Shown here: one piece after another, positions 62,934 to 64,000 of the stretch
Position numbering within the stretch: the stretch's first letter is position 1
How the letters are laid out: each line of letters begins with the position of its first letter
NCBI GenBank assembly: GCA_018052475.1
Contig: JAGPNG010000007.1
Coordinates: forward strand, 2,588-66,587
DNA length: 64,000 nt
Reading direction: 5' to 3'
From: Candidatus Fermentithermobacillaceae bacterium
Lineage (GTDB): Bacteria > Bacillota > Sulfobacillia > Fermentithermobacillales > Fermentithermobacillaceae
Position numbers and translations under genes: made by a program
The notes under the pieces: generated by a model
Seen by the model: only the letters and a program-made list of their open reading frames with translations
What the model was told of the DNA's origin: nothing
The model's database searches: none

Positions 62934-63656
62934 TTACACCGCAGCCAGAAAGGCTGCTACTAATCCGGCAAGAAAAACACCATCATACACGCCGGCGCCG
63001 CCGATGGATAAAACTCCTGAACTAGTGTGTTTCATATCCTCAAGATGCATGAGGTCAGCTCCTACTAGAGTACCAATAGATCCTGCTACGTAAGCTGCTG
63101 CGCCCGGATTGCTTTTTGCAAACAGCATAGAGACTACCGCTGCTGCAAGAGGGGGCACCATTGCCGGCAGTACAATACCTTTTCCCGGTATGGGCCTTGC
63201 TATGAAGTAGCAGATCGCTGCCACGATAACAGTGCATACTAGTGTTTGCAGAAAAGGAGCGCGGAAAAATAACAAGTATGTGCTGAAGATAAGAGGTATT
63301 AACGCTCCTCCGAGATTGATGGCCAATATTTGCTCGGATACCACAGGGGGATAATAGAAGAACATTGGGAAGACACTATGGGTATTGTGATGCACGACCC
63401 TCTCACGTTTTATGGGAATGTTGATGACGCTTCCTATTAGGGACAAAGCAAACAGAAAAAACGCCCCTTGTGGCGATAGCCCTAGACTCTCGAAAGATAA
63501 GGTAGCAACGTTAAGGTAAAGCAAGAAAAACAGGGCGGGAATCCCCAAGATCAGCATGAAGAGAATGTAAAGAGTTAGCACTGATGCAAACCGCCTTTCC
63601 AAAGAAGTCTGGATTAGAATACAAGGATGTTTCCCAAAAACTTTGGAACATACCAA
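62934..63656 (-). CDS. DUF1614-like integral membrane protein
   Basis: 240 aa polytopic ORF with a C-terminal SIGGAGVYDGVFL motif. Confidence 0.45.
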   Translation of the reverse strand: MVCSKVFGKHPCILIQTSLERRFASVLTLYILFMLILGIPALFFLLYLNVATLSFESLGLSPQGAFFLFALSLIGSVINIPIKRERVVHHNTHSVFPMFFYYPPVVSEQILAINLGGALIPLIFSTYLLFFRAPFLQTLVCTVIVAAICYFIARPIPGKGIVLPAMVPPLAAAVVSMLFAKSNPGAAAYVAGSIGTLVGADLMHLEDMKHTSSGVLSIGGAGVYDGVFLAGLVAAFLAAV

Positions 63657-63836
63657 TCTTATGATCCAAGTATAGAATATATGTAAGGTGCTCCATATTT
63701 CAAGGAGGTTGGGACAGCCAGGCGACGAGTTGCAGGTATATCATCTTATATGCTAATTGTATTTAGAACTTCCGGACCGGAACTTTTAGAAACAAAACAA
63801 CAGTGTTTTGCACTTTGAAGAATGAGGGAGATTGTT

Positions 63837-64000
63837 GTGAATACACTTAAAATGTATTGGGAAGATTCTTATGCTACCGAGTTTTCCGGAACAGTAATGG
63901 ATGTTTGGCAAGAGGCGGGGAATCTGTTTGTGGTTTTAGATAGGACTTTGTTCTACCCAGAAGGAGGCGGGCAGCCCTCCGACCGGGGTATTATCGTGCC
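63837..64000 (+). CDS. AlaX-like alanyl-tRNA editing protein, 5' end only (gene continues beyond the window edge)
   Basis: MYWEDSYATEFSGTV...LDRTLFYPEGGGQPSDRG is typical of the N-terminus of AlaX / AlaRS editing-domain homologues. GTG start with ribosome-binding site GAGGGAG. Confidence 0.6.
   Translation, partial: MNTLKMYWEDSYATEFSGTVMDVWQEAGNLFVVLDRTLFYPEGGGQPSDRGIIV

Overview
This 64 kb window looks like chromosome from an anaerobic, probably spore-forming, amino-acid-fermenting Firmicute (Clostridia-like). It is densely coding, about 47% GC, with no obvious mobile elements or CRISPR array.

Main content, left to right:
- A complete oxidative ornithine (Stickland) degradation operon on the minus strand: ord, ortA, ortB, oraS, oraE and a GlmL-like accessory gene. 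It sits behind a near-perfect sigma-54 promoter, opposite a divergent PAS-domain sigma-54 activator.
- A TyrR-like sigma-54 activator divergent from a tyrosine phenol-lyase gene, with TyrR-box-like palindromes and a sigma-54 promoter between them.
- A T-box leader on the minus strand followed by a TrpB2-type tryptophan synthase beta gene translationally coupled to a small ParB/Srx-fold protein. I read this as a candidate Trp-starvation-induced indole salvage module in which the ParB/Srx protein is a SerK-like free serine kinase supplying O-phosphoserine to TrpB2. I think this is the most interesting thing in the window.
- An unrecognised operon of four membrane proteins, a DUF169 protein, an SDH-family serine protease, a GH42 beta-galactosidase and a MATE transporter.
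- A seven-tRNA cluster followed by tig, clpP, clpX and lon.
- A D-Ala-D-Ala-ligase-like ATP-grasp protein, an S9 prolyl oligopeptidase, a HAD hydrolase and sporulation genes ytfI/ytfJ (gerW).
- A TM1266-like regulator followed by the [FeFe]-hydrogenase maturases hydE, hydG and hydF, preceded by an unexplained structured non-coding region of about 260 nt.
- An orphan Dam-family methyltransferase, a YhaM-like cysteine desulfidase, tRNA-Val and a block of peptidases (PepF, several M20, M48).
- Further along: a class-III aminotransferase, RNase H, a TPM/LemA pair, type-A RNase P RNA, a CapD-like sugar dehydratase, an Orn/Lys/Arg decarboxylase and a zinc-ribbon protein, and at the 3' edge the 5' end of an AlaX-like editing protein.

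All functional calls rest on motif and family recognition read directly from the translations and sequence; no database searches were run.
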